Assembly: GCF_006345805.1 (NCBI RefSeq)
Contig: NC_042998.1
Location: 86,862,001-86,926,000 of the forward strand
Source: Octopus sinensis
Lineage: Eukaryota
Direction: 5' to 3'
DNA: 64,000 nucleotides
Shown: positions 1 to 12,800 of the stretch, one piece after another
Numbering within the stretch: the stretch's first letter is position 1
How the letters are laid out: the number at the start of each line of letters is the position of its first letter
The notes under the pieces: generated by a model
The model's input: the letters and a program-made list of their open reading frames with translations, nothing else
Told to the model about the DNA's origin: nothing
Databases searched by the model: none
Position numbers and translations under genes: made by a program

Positions 1-68
1 ATAAAACAAAATGCAATACTGTGCTTGATTCATTCAAAGAATTTAGTATATATGTACATATATACTAA

Positions 69-1900
69 ATGTATCATATAAGTAAGGATGCCAGTGGAAC
101 CTGCTTTAGATACCAGGGCAAACAATGTAACAGAATATGGAGAATTTATGATAAAGGAAACAGAACGAAGACGTTGTGCAAGACAGATACATTTCAAGGG
201 ATGATGTTTGTAGAGACTATACTATGTAGGGAGTTAGTCATGAGGGTTAGGAAGGCTCTGAGGAACACCAAACTTAATTTTGAGCTTGTTGAGAAATCAG
301 GTCCTTTGACAAGACCACTTGCTGCAGCATGACCTGCGTGGTATTTATCTTTAGCCCCAGTATTAACTGTAAGACCAAAGAATGTGGTTTGCATCATAAA
401 GTGCATGGAGGGGGATTGTAAGAACTGGAATACAACATACATCTGGGAGACTTCTAGGAATTTACAAGAAGCTATCAGACATTAACACAGGTTCTTGTCA
501 TCCAGCCATCATTTTCAAGAAACTGGTAAAGGACATCAGCAGAAGAATATCTAGTCTATCTTCAAAGAAAGAGATTTTTTATGCTGCCACCCGATACTAC
601 AGTGAAGTTCTGGCTGCCAGTGGTTTCAAGGATAGGATTAGTTACATGCCAGAACTTAGTCCCACCAAGAGAAAGCGCCAGTGGAAAGTGTTGTGGCTCA
701 AATAATCCTTCTCTTTAAAGGTTAAAACCTGAGTAGGTAAGATTTTTCTTGGCTTAGTTGATAAAGACTTCCCCCATACAAGTAGATTCAGCAAAATATT
801 CAATAGGCATACCCTAAGAATTTTCTCTAGCTGTGCACCTAGTGTAAAAACGATTTTTTAGGCCCACACCCAAGACAGGCAGGATGCTCAAAGAGGTATA
901 ACACAACATGGCCACTGCATGGCTGCTGCAACACGGAGACTGTCATATATGAGGCAGAAGTAACAGTCAAAGGACCTAATGAGCAACCAGACATTTGAAA
1001 ATATGTAGGAGCAACCAAAGGCCCCTTCAGAACCCTCTTTTGCAATCATAAGTCCTCTTTCAACATCCCGGAGACATACCATCCCAACCCTGGCCAAGCA
1101 CATTTGGTGTTTGAAAGAAAATGCCTCCAAATATAGTATAGATCTAAGAGAAATGTAAACCATACTTTAATAGCAGCAAGAAGTGCAGTTTATGTCTGGC
1201 TGAGAAAAGAGGGATTTTAAAGAGCACCCAACACCCAGGCTTTTCCCTGAATAACAGAAACGAAGTGTCTAATCCTTGCCCACATGAAAGGAAGTACATC
1301 CTATCATATCTGTCTGTCCCATTATGCTTACTGTCATCAGTCCCCCAGCCTCGACTTTCCACCAATACTCTAACTAAGAATTTGACCAGAACATTCACAA
1401 ATTCACCCACATACAAACACACACACTCCAACATGGCAAACACCTAACAAACAGACCATTTCCCACCAACTCCAATATAAGCCTCACCATCAATTGTACC
1501 CCTACATACACTGCATGCACACATAAGCCCCCACGACCTTAACCAGTACAGAAAGAAAATGCACTGGCAAACACAGTAATGGATGCCTAGACCCCCTACA
1601 AAAGTTATACATACTATACCACTACACATATGCCACTCCCACAAGAACACCAACCTGAAAGACGAACACAATTTCCACAGACACTTCATTATGGCTCTTT
1701 CTGACTTACAGCATAACCAGCCATGTGATGATGTCTCAGTACCAATGGACTATACTTTTAACTAAATCCCCTACTTGGTTTGTTTCATAGTCTTTTCACA
1801 GCAACCACAAACCAAATGTGTCCTTTCACCTCCAACAATAGAGAGCATTCACCATATTTCATCCTATAGTGGCTACCTCTGATGAGCATAGGGTTTTATA
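69..1900 (+). mobile_element. Decayed Penelope-like retroelement (RT C-terminus, GIY-YIG endonuclease, 3' region)
   Basis: Broken frames read SCHPAIIFKKLVKDISRRISSLSS, VGKIFLGLVDKDFP..KIFNR, KYVGATKGPF..NHKSSF and LNNRNEVSNPCPHERKY (ends about 1305), typical of PLE RT-GIY-YIG. Confidence 0.8.
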
Positions 1901-1999
1901 ATTGGATTGTTACCTAACATTCAATTGTACCTTTAGCTGATTGGCAAGATTGGCTATGGTGGTTATATAATATTGTACACTTCAGATATTTTATATGTT

Positions 2000-2050
<51 letters not shown>

Positions 2051-2061
2051 CTGTGTGTGTG

Positions 2062-2964
2062 TATTGGGTCATCCCATAGATAATATGGTTTGTTTATACT
2101 TCTTTTATTTTCAAAATTAAGATAAGTTCTTTTTTAATCTAAAATATACTCTCCTTGATTTTCTATAATGTTCTTCCACCTATCTAGTAGATTTGCAATG
2201 CTCCTTTACTAAAATTCACTTGTCTGTGATGAAAAATACTCCTCTAGTACTGTTTTGACCTTGTCTACAGAATTCATATTATTTCTGTCCAAATGATTTT
2301 GAAAACTGCTGAATAAATGATAATCAGATGATGCAGTGTCTGGTGAATATGGTGGGTGGGACATCTTTTCCCATTCAAACTACTCTAGCGTTTGGAATGT
2401 CATCTGAGCATTATCCTGATGGGAGAACACCTTTTGTCTTGAAACAAATGATGGTCACTTGTCTTCTGGTGCTGACTTAAACAACTAGTTGAATGACTAA
2501 ATCCAAGATCTTCTGTTCGTTCCTCAACTGTTACGATAGGATTTAGTTCCCCCGGGGTTTCCAGATGTCCTCATTGAGCTCTACAGATCTTCCAGAATGA
2601 AGCACGTCTTCTAGGCTGTAGTTCCTAGCCCAGAATTTCTGGCATCCCCGTTGACACTGGCTTATGAATATTGTCCGATCCCTATATATGCATTAATATT
2701 CCTCATATTTTCTGTTGCACTGTGCCTTTATTGAATTCATAAAGCAAACTATGCCAAATATGCTCCTTTGTCACTTCCATTATCGCTTTGAAAAGATAAC
2801 TGTTAAAATCGAAATTCACTCTTCAAAATTTGCACTAAGAATAAGGACAAGGTAAAATTACTACCAGCTTTTATAACAAGTTGATGCAGGTAGTTTATCT
2901 TGTCCCTCTGTGACTTTTAGCTCATGCAATTGGAAAACTGCATTATTTATGGAATGACCCAATG
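2062..2964 (-). mobile_element. Internally deleted mariner transposon with both TIRs
   Basis: Transposase relic 2780 to 2134 (MEVTKEHIWHSLLYEFNKG; HQDNA; HPPYSPDTASSDYHLF). TIRs TTGGGTCATCCCATAGATAAT (2064) and the inverse ending at 2962; TA on the left. Confidence 0.85.
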
Positions 2965-3230
2965 TTGCTATTATGTTAAACTGTCATGTGTCCAAATTTG
3001 GCTAAATATGTTTTATTCAATATTTATTTTTGTTTGCAATAGCCAGGTCTTTTGGTCAAACAATTGTATCTCCAGCTGCTTCAAATGCCAAGATATCAAA
3101 CATTGTAAAAGTATAGTCCAACAGTTTTGCTATGGAATGGTGAACCTATTATTGGTTTTCTGGAAAAGCAACATTTTGGACTTACAACACTTTTGCATAA
3201 TAGTATCGATATATATATGATAATAATAAT
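2965..3230 (-). mobile_element. Old non-LTR (probably R4-like) fragment
   Basis: Weak YLGI motif in broken minus-strand frames. Confidence 0.3.
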
Positions 3231-4279
3231 TGCTTTAGTAACGAGAAGATGAATTTGGTATTAATCTTTATTTTGTACAATGGTTATTTTGACCCATTCT
3301 GCTACTGTCCTTTATGGGTGGGACTCCTTTCAACATGTTGCATTGCATCAGTTTTGCTGTCTGGGTCTCATCAGATACATCTACACATAAAGATGTGTCT
3401 CACTAAAGATCCCATGTTTTGGCTGTCATGTTGTAATATGCCTGTCTGGTTAGGAAACTGTGCCAGTGCACTACTCAACAAATTACCACACTAATCAACA
3501 CATACCCATTAGTCAAAATTTATATATACTTATATTAAACTTTTTAATACTTTTTGATTGTTATATATATTTAGAAAAAAAATTATAAATATAAATTAAT
3601 AATTTTAATTTTAAATTTAAATTTAAATAATTTAAATTTTTAAATTTTATATTTTATATATTTTGTATATTATATTAATTATTTTTATTATGTTTTGGTT
3701 TATGTTTTTCACTGTTTGATTTACTTAATAGGGGTTTTATCTCTATATTATAATTCTGAAATGCGAAAAGTTTGTTTGTCTGGTTTTGGCATTGAAACGT
3801 GTTAAAGGGTACTAGATTTCGTCGGATTGACTCCAAAATTTACAGGGACATGTAAAATGAGGTGAGGATGTGAGTGGGCTAGGTTAAAAATCCCTATCTT
3901 AAAGGTGTGGTTACTAGGGCAAAAAAAACGCACACTTTCACAAGTCATCTCTCATTCTCTGATCTGCCTGTCTTCCTCTGTCTCTCTCTCTTTCCTCCAT
4001 TCCTTTCACTTTCTCTCTATAACATCGTTTGACAGCATCTACTATCTTTCCCCCGCCGCCTTCACTCTTTTTCCCACATCCCCTCTCTCTCTCTCACTCT
4101 AGGTCTGTCTGCTTTCATAGAGAGAATTATTATCACCACCACCACTACACAATCATGAAAACAAATATTATGAATCAGATATTTATTGGGTTAATTTATA
4201 TATGTGTGTGTGTTCTATATATAAATATGTATATATAATGTATATATACAAAGTGTATATATCTATATTTATATATATA

Positions 4280-4341
<62 letters not shown>

Positions 4342-4422
4342 GTATACATTTGTATATATATAGCGTACACACACACACACATATATATAATGCGTATATA
4401 TATACATATATAAATTTAATGC

Positions 4423-4457
<35 letters not shown>

Positions 4458-4690
4458 GTGTGCATTATGTGGTTGGTTGACGTGAAAATATGCTCACCTA
4501 TATTAAAAGTGCTGGCAAGTTTGCATGGCAACTATTTTTTTCCTCAAATAAAAGGTGTGACCTCTAGGACAAAATTCCTCATCTTATAAAATGTGGCCCA
4601 AGCAGACCCGAATGAAATTGGGTTATATTAACCAAAATGTGAAAAGGGGTCTAAATGGGGCTGGAAGGGGATTAAAATTTACATGAGCAG

Positions 4691-4945
4691 GTGCTTAGGA
4701 ATTCTCTGTTACATCAAGCTAAAAAATTTGCGCCAGCCTTTTAATCGTCAATGTGTTGCCATCCATGATGAAGAAGTTTTGAATGCTTGCCACGGTGAGT
4801 CTACTGTCGTGAGAAAGAATCAGTTCAAAACTTGGTGTTTAGGAATTTTCTTTTACATCAAGTTCAAAATTTTATGCCAGCCATTAAACTGCCACTACAT
4901 TGCTGTCGTCATTAAGAAATGCCAGCCATGGTGACTCTACTATCC
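4691..4945. repeat. Diverged two-unit tandem duplication (period about 144 bp)
   Basis: gtgcttaggaattctctgttacatcaag...ccacggtgagtctac is repeated as gtgtttaggaattttcttttacatcaag...ccatggtgactctac. Confidence 0.7.
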
Positions 4946-5339
4946 TCAGATTCTATCCCTTCAAATTTTGGTTTACAATATTTTTTTTACTTTTATTCAG
5001 CTCGCAAGTTTGTCTGTCCTTTTTAAATGTTAGTGTTTTGCTGTTTGCCTTGAAGCAGATCTTTCTATTGTCACTGCCTGATATTTACGATTGATCTTTC
5101 AAAATATTTTCTTTCTCAACTTACTCAAGATCTTTTGTTGTTTATAAATGGGAGAGAGAGAGACAGAGAAAGATAGAGAGTAAGAGAAAGCGAGGGAGTG
5201 TCCAAGAGAAAGGAAGAGTAAGAGAGTGAGAAAGTGAGAGAGAAACAAAGAGGGAGAATGAGGTGATAAAAAACAAAAAGGAAGCAGCAGAAAGTAAGAA
5301 CCACACTCTTACCCCCGCATAGAGTGGGTCACCTTAAGC

Positions 5340-5398
<59 letters not shown>

Positions 5399-5423
5399 CA
5401 TATACATATACATATATTACCAT

Positions 5424-6005
5424 TGTCATCATCATTTAATATCCATTGTCTATGCTGGCATAGTTTGGACGGTTTGAACTGGCAAGCTGGGGAGCTGAAC
5501 CATACTCCAGTTTAATTTGGTATGGTTTCTATAGCTGGATGCCTTTCCTATTGTCAACCACTTTGCAGAGTGTACCGGGTGCTTTTACATGGCACCACAT
5601 GGGCGATTTTACATGGTGTCACACAGACACTATTATCTGGTGCCACAAGGGCACATTTATGTAGTACTGTCATGACAGCTTTTTATGTGGCACTAGTAGA
5701 GAACTCTTGCAGGTCGATCCTCACCACCAGGGGTGCCGGTCTTAACACTTCTGCAGCAGGGCATGGGTATTCTTGAGCACAGCAAGGTGCCAGGCATCTC
5801 GGTCTTTTGTCATCTTACATGAAAGTTTCAGCATCCTGAGGTCGTTCTTCAGTACTTTGTTCCATGTCTTCCTGGGTCTCCCACTTCCACGTGTTCTGTC
5901 TACTTTGAGAGATTGACACTTCTTTATGGAACTGATGGCATCCATCCGCATCACATGACCAAACCAGTGCAGTCTTCTCTCTTGTACACTGCAACTAATT
6001 CCTAA
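5424..6005 (-). mobile_element. RTE LINE 3' end plus RTE-tail SINE-like repeat
   Basis: RLHWFGHVMRM..RGSGRPRKTW..DLR in ORF 5742-6059; minus strand ends in (GAT)n. Confidence 0.8.
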
Positions 6006-6146
6006 TATACAATATATATATGAATATGTATATATATATATATATATATATTTCAACAATTGAGGGCAAAATTAATTAATTATTAATCAATTTCACCAAG
6101 TGTTCAGTATGCAAAGGGACCATTCAAGGCGAATTCAAATTATTAC

Positions 6147-6508
6147 ATTATATAAAAGGGCTTAGTAAAATAAATTACTTTGCCGCATACTGAACTCATT
6201 AGAAATAGCAGCTAAAAAACTTTTTTAAAGCTATTTCTAATACTTAAAGAAAATCTCTCTCATATATAGTGTTTGCTTAATTCAACTCACAAAAGTTTGG
6301 GGGTAAGGACATCGAAAAATCAAATGCTAACCTTAGCATTTGATTTTTCGATGTCCTTACCCCCAAACTTTTGTGAGTTGAATTAAGCAAACACTATATA
6401 TGAGAGAGATTTTCTTTAAGTATTAGAAATAGCTTTAAAAAAGTTTTTTAGCTGCTATTTCTAATGAGTTCAGTATGCGGCAAAGTAATTTATTTTACTA
6501 AGCCCTTT

Positions 6509-6516
<8 letters not shown>
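6147..6516. repeat. Perfect palindrome: 184-bp arms, 2-nt spacer (6331-6332)
   Basis: Checked base by base: 6333-6516 is the exact reverse complement of 6147-6330. Confidence 0.95.
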
Positions 6517-6583
<67 letters not shown>

Positions 6584-6584
<1 letters not shown>

Positions 6585-9190
6585 TCCAACCCCAAAAAGT
6601 TCTACCAAGAACTTGGCAAAAATAAAATAGAAGTCACTGCAGCACCAACGGCAGAAGAATTGGAAGAATTCTGGAGAGAAACATGGTCGGCGAACGAACA
6701 ACCAAATAAAAGGAGTATCAAAATAACAAACTCAGCATCTGAACAACTTTGGACCCCCATAACAACTGAAGAGGTCACCTAGGCACTGCAAAGACTAAGC
6801 AACTGGAAGGCACCTGGGCATGACAAGATCCCCAACTTCTGGTTGAAATATCTAACAGGAATGCACAAAAAGCTGGCTGAAAACTTTAACAGCATACTAG
6901 CAGAGCCAGAGACAATGCCTGAATGGCTCACGAAGGGGAAAACCATCTTAATTCCCAAATCAAATGAGACAGCAAAACCAGAAAACTACAGACCAATAAC
7001 CTGACTCCCTACTATGTTCAAGGCATTTACTGCAGTGATATCGCAAAGGTTGAACAAGCACCTGGACGAAAACAAACTGTTCCCAGAAGAGCAGAAAGGA
7101 TGCCGCAAAGGCTCATATGGCTGTAAAGATCAACTAATGATTAATAAAGCCATAACTGAAGACAGCCACAGAAAGAAGAAAGGCCTCAGTATGGCCTGGA
7201 TTGACTACAAAAAGGCGTTTGATAGCATCCCCACACATGGATCCTCGAAACACTAGCTATTAACAAAGTAGCACCAACAATCATAAAATTCATAGAGCAC
7301 TCTATGAATAAATGGCAAACAGTCCTACACCTCCAAACAAAAGAGGGACTCATGAAAACCAAAGACATCCCCATTAGAAGAGGAATATTCCAGGGACACA
7401 CGCTCTATCCACTCCTTTTCTGCTTGGCACTGTCACCTCTATCTGATATGCTAAATAGAACTGGATGCGGATATAAATGTTATGGCAAAATGATCAGCCA
7501 CCTTTTATATATGGATGACCTAAAACTATACGCTGCAAATGACAAACAGCTGGAAACACTATTAAAGACAGTTCATGGATTTACCAAAGAAATAGATATG
7601 AAATTTGGATTAAAAAATGCGCCAAAGTAACCATGAAAAGAGGAAAACTAGTTAAGAGTAGCAACATCACACTAGATAAAACCAATGAAATAAAAGAATT
7701 AGACCAAAGCCAAACTTACAAATACTTAGGAATCCATGAACTAGATAAGACACAACACACACAAATGAAAGAGAAAATAAAAAAAGAATATTATAGACGA
7801 GTTAGATCAATACTAAAAACAGTGCTCAATACTAAAAACAAGATAATAGGTATCAACACTTTAGCTGTCCCAGTTATAAGTTACAGCTACAATATCCTTA
7901 ACTGGACACGAAATGAACTGACCAAAATAGATAGGAAAACAAGAAAAATAATGACAGGATCTAGAATGCATCACCCAAAATCTGACATAGAAAGAATATA
8001 TATACAACGTATAGAAGGTGTTAGAGGCCTTATACAGCTGGAAAACTACTATAAAATAACCACCATAGGACTGCAAAAATATCTACTTCAGAAGGAAGGA
8101 AAACTGATACAAATAGCGGCAAAACACGAGCAAAACAAAAAACTGTTCTCAGTATTTAAGGAAGCTGACAAATGCAAACAAGAAATCATACCACCTAATA
8201 AACATGAAGAAGAAGAAGAAGAAGCTGAAGAAACAACAAAAGCTATGAAACAAATGAAATCCAAACTAAAAATAGAACAGCAACGTACCATGATAAAACG
8301 ATGGCAAGAAAAGCCCCTTCATGGTAAATACTGGACTAAACTAAACGCAAAAGAAATAGACAAAGAAAAATCCCAGCAATGGTTAAGAAGCTCAGGACTC
8401 AAAGCAGAAACAGAAGGATTTTTAATTGCAGCACAAGACCAAAGCCTCCCCACCAGAAATTACCAAAAACATGTAATGAAAAGAAATATTACAAGTAACT
8501 GCAGAATATGTGGAGATGGACAAGAAACAATAAATCATATTATCTCTAGCTGCCCAGTCCTGGCTAAGAAGGAATATATTCACAGACATGACAGAGTTGG
8601 AACCTACATACATTGGAAGCTATGCCAACATTATGGAATAACAACAGAAAAAGATGGTATAGGCACACACCAGAAAAGGTCACAGAAAATGAGAAAGCAA
8701 CCATACTCTGGGATATGCCGATACACACAGATAGAGAAATTAAGGCCAACAGACCAGATATAGTTGTCAGAGATCATGAAGAAAAAAAATGCTTTCTAAT
8801 TGATGTATTAATACCGGCAGATGACAACGTGTCTCTAAAAGAAATGGAGAAACTCTCAAAATACAAATACCTGGAAATAGAGGTAACTAGAATGTGGAAT
8901 CTGAAAACAGAAACAATTCCTATCATAGTAGGTGCATTAGGCATGATAAAAAAATATTTAGACAAATACATAACAAAAACACCAGGACATACAAACACAT
9001 ATAACATACAGAAAATTTCACTACTAGGTACTGCACACATCTTACACAGAACACTTTCCATACAATAACCATCAGAGCATCACAACAAATCACAACACAT
9101 ACCCAAGGCACACAGAACTGCGCTCGGTAGTGAAGTGAAAGCACGCTATAAAAATAAAACTACTGAATAATAATAATAATAATAATAATA
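6584..9190 (+). mobile_element. 5'-truncated R4/Dong-clade non-LTR retrotransposon (RT, CCHC, RLE endonuclease), defective
   Basis: QKGCRKGSYGCKDQL, GIFQG, LLYMDDLKLY, CRICGDGQETINHIISSC, RPDIVV..IDV..K..KY; several stops and frameshifts; (TAA)n on both sides. Confidence 0.92.
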
Positions 9191-9412
9191 TTAGGGAGTA
9201 TAACTCCAAACTTACAGGGTAAAATTCAATTTAGTATTAAATCAAATTTCACAATATAAATATATAAAATATAAATCAGTGATAGAATCACTATTATGCA
9301 ACTCAAACAGTGATAGACATAAACCAATACATAAATAACAAGTAATATATATAATAATTTTTTTTATGTCTATCACTGTCTGAGTTGCATAATAGTGGTT
9401 TTATCTCTAATT

Positions 9413-9415
<3 letters not shown>
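9191..9415. mobile_element. Short hairpin-containing repeat (53-bp inverted arms 9271-9323 / 9363-9415), possible PLE terminal repeat
   Basis: 5 mismatches in 53 bp, 39-nt loop. Terminus shared with 46521-46565. Sits between (TAA)n and (TA)n. Confidence 0.55.
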
Positions 9416-9460
<45 letters not shown>

Positions 9461-9692
9461 AGTGATCATATATCCTATCATCAGCATTGCTTTACACCTT
9501 AACAGAAAAAAATAAACTTTTAACTTAGACTCAATCTACACACCTGTTAAAAAAATACCATGAACAAGTATAGGGTAGGCTCTGCTGTCAGGCATAATTT
9601 AATTATAGATGATTTTTAACTGAATCCTATCTGAAGCATTAATAAAAAAAGAAAAGAAAACTCTTCTTTCAAACTTTTGTTTTATTTTTCAG

Positions 9693-9814
9693 ATTCTTGT
9701 TCAGCCTTTTCTATTTCCAATAACAGTGGTGAAATCAGAATTGAATCTGATAATCTTGACCGAGAAGATCCTGTAATTGATAAACTGAATGGCGTCTGTA
9801 CTGTTGAAATAAAG
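9693..9814 (+). CDS. Cadherin exon A (phase 1 to 0): (D)SCSAFSISNNSGEIRIESDNLDREDPVIDKLNGVCTVEIK
   Basis: Acceptor ttttcAG, donor GTattt, LDRE motif. The upstream exon is not in the window. Confidence 0.9.
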
Positions 9815-12800
9815 GTATTTTCATTTATATACTATTCTTCATTGTTTTTTACAGGATGAAGCAATAAATTAACTCTTTGTTTCATTTTAGCTACCTAGCT
9901 ATTAATATTGGTTTCAAATTTTGGCACAAAGCCAGCAATTTCAGGGAAAGGGGCTAAGGCATTTACATCATCCCCAGTACTCAACTGGTACTTATTTTAT
10001 TGACCCTGAAAAGATGAAAGACAAAGTCAACTTAAGTGGAATTTGAACTCAGAACATAAAAACAGAAGCATCTAGATATTAGTATTAATGGACAAATAGT
10101 CAATAGATAGAGAGAATCATTCAAACATTGGACAAGATGCTCTGCTCTATTTGGTTACAACTTTGCAGTTTCTGAGTTCAAATTCTGCCAGAGTCAACAA
10201 CTTTGCATTTCACTCTTTCAGAGTAGAAAAATAGGTACCAGTCAAGTACTGGGGTCAATCTAATGATCTATATCCTCTGCAAAATCTTACGATCATGCGA
10301 AAAGAAATCAATGTAATCCAACAGATAGGTGCAGGAGTGGCTGTGTGGTAAGTAGCTTGCTTACCAACCACATGGCTCCGGGTTCAGTCCCACTGCATGG
10401 CACCTTGGGCACGTGTCTTCTATTAGAGCCTCAAGCTGACCAAAGATATCTAAATTCAAAGGAATATAGTATGGAATCTTCAATAATATCATTGTAAAGA
10501 AAAAGAACAAAGAAAAACGAAAGTAAAAACTCACAAAAAATGCTGTTGAGTGCATTATGAAAATATTTAAAAAATAAGTTATTTCATCTTTATTTAGACT
10601 TAGGCTTAAAATCATCGACCAATATTTTCTCTTGTATTTTATAGGCTTATGAAATAAAAAATAACCAAAAAGGTGATAGTGTCACGAAAAACATCACAAT
10701 ATTTGTAGAAGATGTGAATGACAATGATCCCTTGTTCAATAAAAAATCTTTTACTGCAAAGGTCAATGAAAATACTACAAAGGATAATCCAGTAACAATA
10801 AATGAGATTATAACTGTAAAAGACGAGGATACGGTACTGAATTTTTGCATTTCTCACATATTTTATTCTTCTTCTTCCTATCATATCTTTTGTATTATTT
10901 ATAAATATTTCAGTGTTTTAATCTTCCATTTTTTAGAAATAGCATTGTGCTGAGCCCTCTCAAATAAGAAAATTGAGTGTGAAAATTCGTTTTTGTGCGG
11001 ATATTGAGTTTAAAATAGTGTTGCTTTCGGTTTTTGGTTGTTTGTATGAAAACAACTTGAGCAGGTATATTTTTAAAAATTGTGCATTGAATATTTAGAT
11101 GCAATTGATAAATATTTCACTCCTGATACATACAATAGTTAGGTTTGAATTAGAATTGTATAATAAACAGCTGTGTTGTAGTTTGTTGCATGAGTATAAC
11201 ATAATAGAAGAGACATGTATTTATTTTGTTATCAATTTAGTTACAATAAAATTGAAGGGTCTATTGGCAGCTGAAGTAGAAACAAGAATAGTGGGACTAT
11301 TCACAGCAATCTGAATTAGTTACAGAGGGAATTATAGCTCAGTTGATTAGGAATAGAATTAACCTAGATGAGACACAGTTTGGTTTTGTACCTGGGAAGA
11401 GTACCACAGATGCCATCTTCCTAGTGAGACAGCTGCAGGAAAATACTTGACCAAAAGTAAGCCATTGTACTTAGCCTTCACTGACCTGGAGAAAGCTTTC
11501 AACAGAGTTCCCTGCTCTGTTAAATGGTGGTTTCTGAGGAAGTTAGGAGTAAAGGAGATGTTGTCAGTAAAGTGAGAGTCGGGCATAAATACAGTGATGA
11601 ATTTAGCGTACAGGTAGGAGTTCACCAGGGCTCAGTTCTTAGTTCACTCCTATTCATCATAGTGCACCAGGCCATAACAGAGGAATTCAAAACTGGATGC
11701 CTGTGGGAACTACTGTACACTGATGACCTCACCTTCATTGCAGAATCTGTAGCAGAATTGGAGAAGAAATTCCTGGTATAGAAGCAAAACCTGGAATCAA
11801 GGAGCCTTAAAGTTAACCTTGCTAAGACCAAAGGTGTTGCTAGCAAGAACACAGATAAGACTCTCTTTCCATTAGGTAAGTGGCTCTGCTCAATTTGTAG
11901 GAAAGTGATTTCATTCACTGCACGAAATGTAGGTTATCAACCTATAAGAGATGCAGTGGAATCACAGGTAGATTAACAGATAAAGTCATCTTTGTATGTG
12001 GCAGATGTGCATAAGCAATAAGCACTAAGAGCACACCGGACTTACACACTCTCAAATGCCCAGGATGCTCTCTCGAAGTAGTAGATAGCTTCTGTTACCT
12101 AGATGACCAAATTAGCAATGGTGATGGATGCTCTGAAAGTATTGCTTCTAGAATAAGAATAGGATGGAGGAATTTCAGAGATCTATTACCTCTGTTGGCA
12201 ACAAAAGGACTCTCTCAGAGTGAAAGGTAGATTGCATGATGCCTGTGTATGAATGGCTATACTCTATTGTAATGAAACATGGGCTCTGATGCAGAAGACG
12301 TGTAGATAAGAGAGAAATGAACACATTATTCTCAGCTGGATGTTACAGCAAAATGCAAATGTGTTGAGAGAAACGTTGGGCATAAGAGGAATCAAATGCA
12401 GCATGCATGAGAGAAGATTACATTGGTTTGGATATGTGATGCATATAAGACAGTTGCATAAAGAAGAGCCAGTCACTGAATGTGGATGGCACCTATGGAA
12501 GAAGGCAACCCCAGGAAGACATGAGATGAAATGGTGATCTCTGATCTCAGGATGTTGGGGCTCATGGAGGAAATGACAATGGTCCGAGATGTCTAGTGAT
12601 ATGAGGATGTAGAGAAGATCACCCATGCCAGTGAATCTGATCCCAAACTGTTTCTCTTCTCTTCCTCACATTTCCTCTTCATAGCTATGATTATCTCCCA
12701 CTCACCAATCTAATCCTTTCAACACTGCCCACTCTATTATTGCTCTCACTTGTCCCCTCCCCCTCTATACCCAGATTCTCACCAGTTACAGCATTACAAC

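Noticed and set aside
3810-3850. CCGACGAAATCTAGTA on the minus strand as a hammerhead
   Set aside because: No stem II, stem III does not pair and there is no stem I.
4183-4589. YI/HT-repeat ORFs (also 5324, 30806-31337, 49200, 55842-56157)
   Set aside because: Translations of (TA)n, (CATA)n, (CT)n and (ATT)n microsatellites.
6060-6215. CTAATGA-long stem-GAAA hammerhead in the palindrome-associated element
   Set aside because: The core is mutated and 7 extra nt separate stem II from GAAA.
10327-10445. tRNA-like A/B boxes (also 30120-30181, 55450-55523)
   Set aside because: No full cloverleaf; they continue into SINE bodies.
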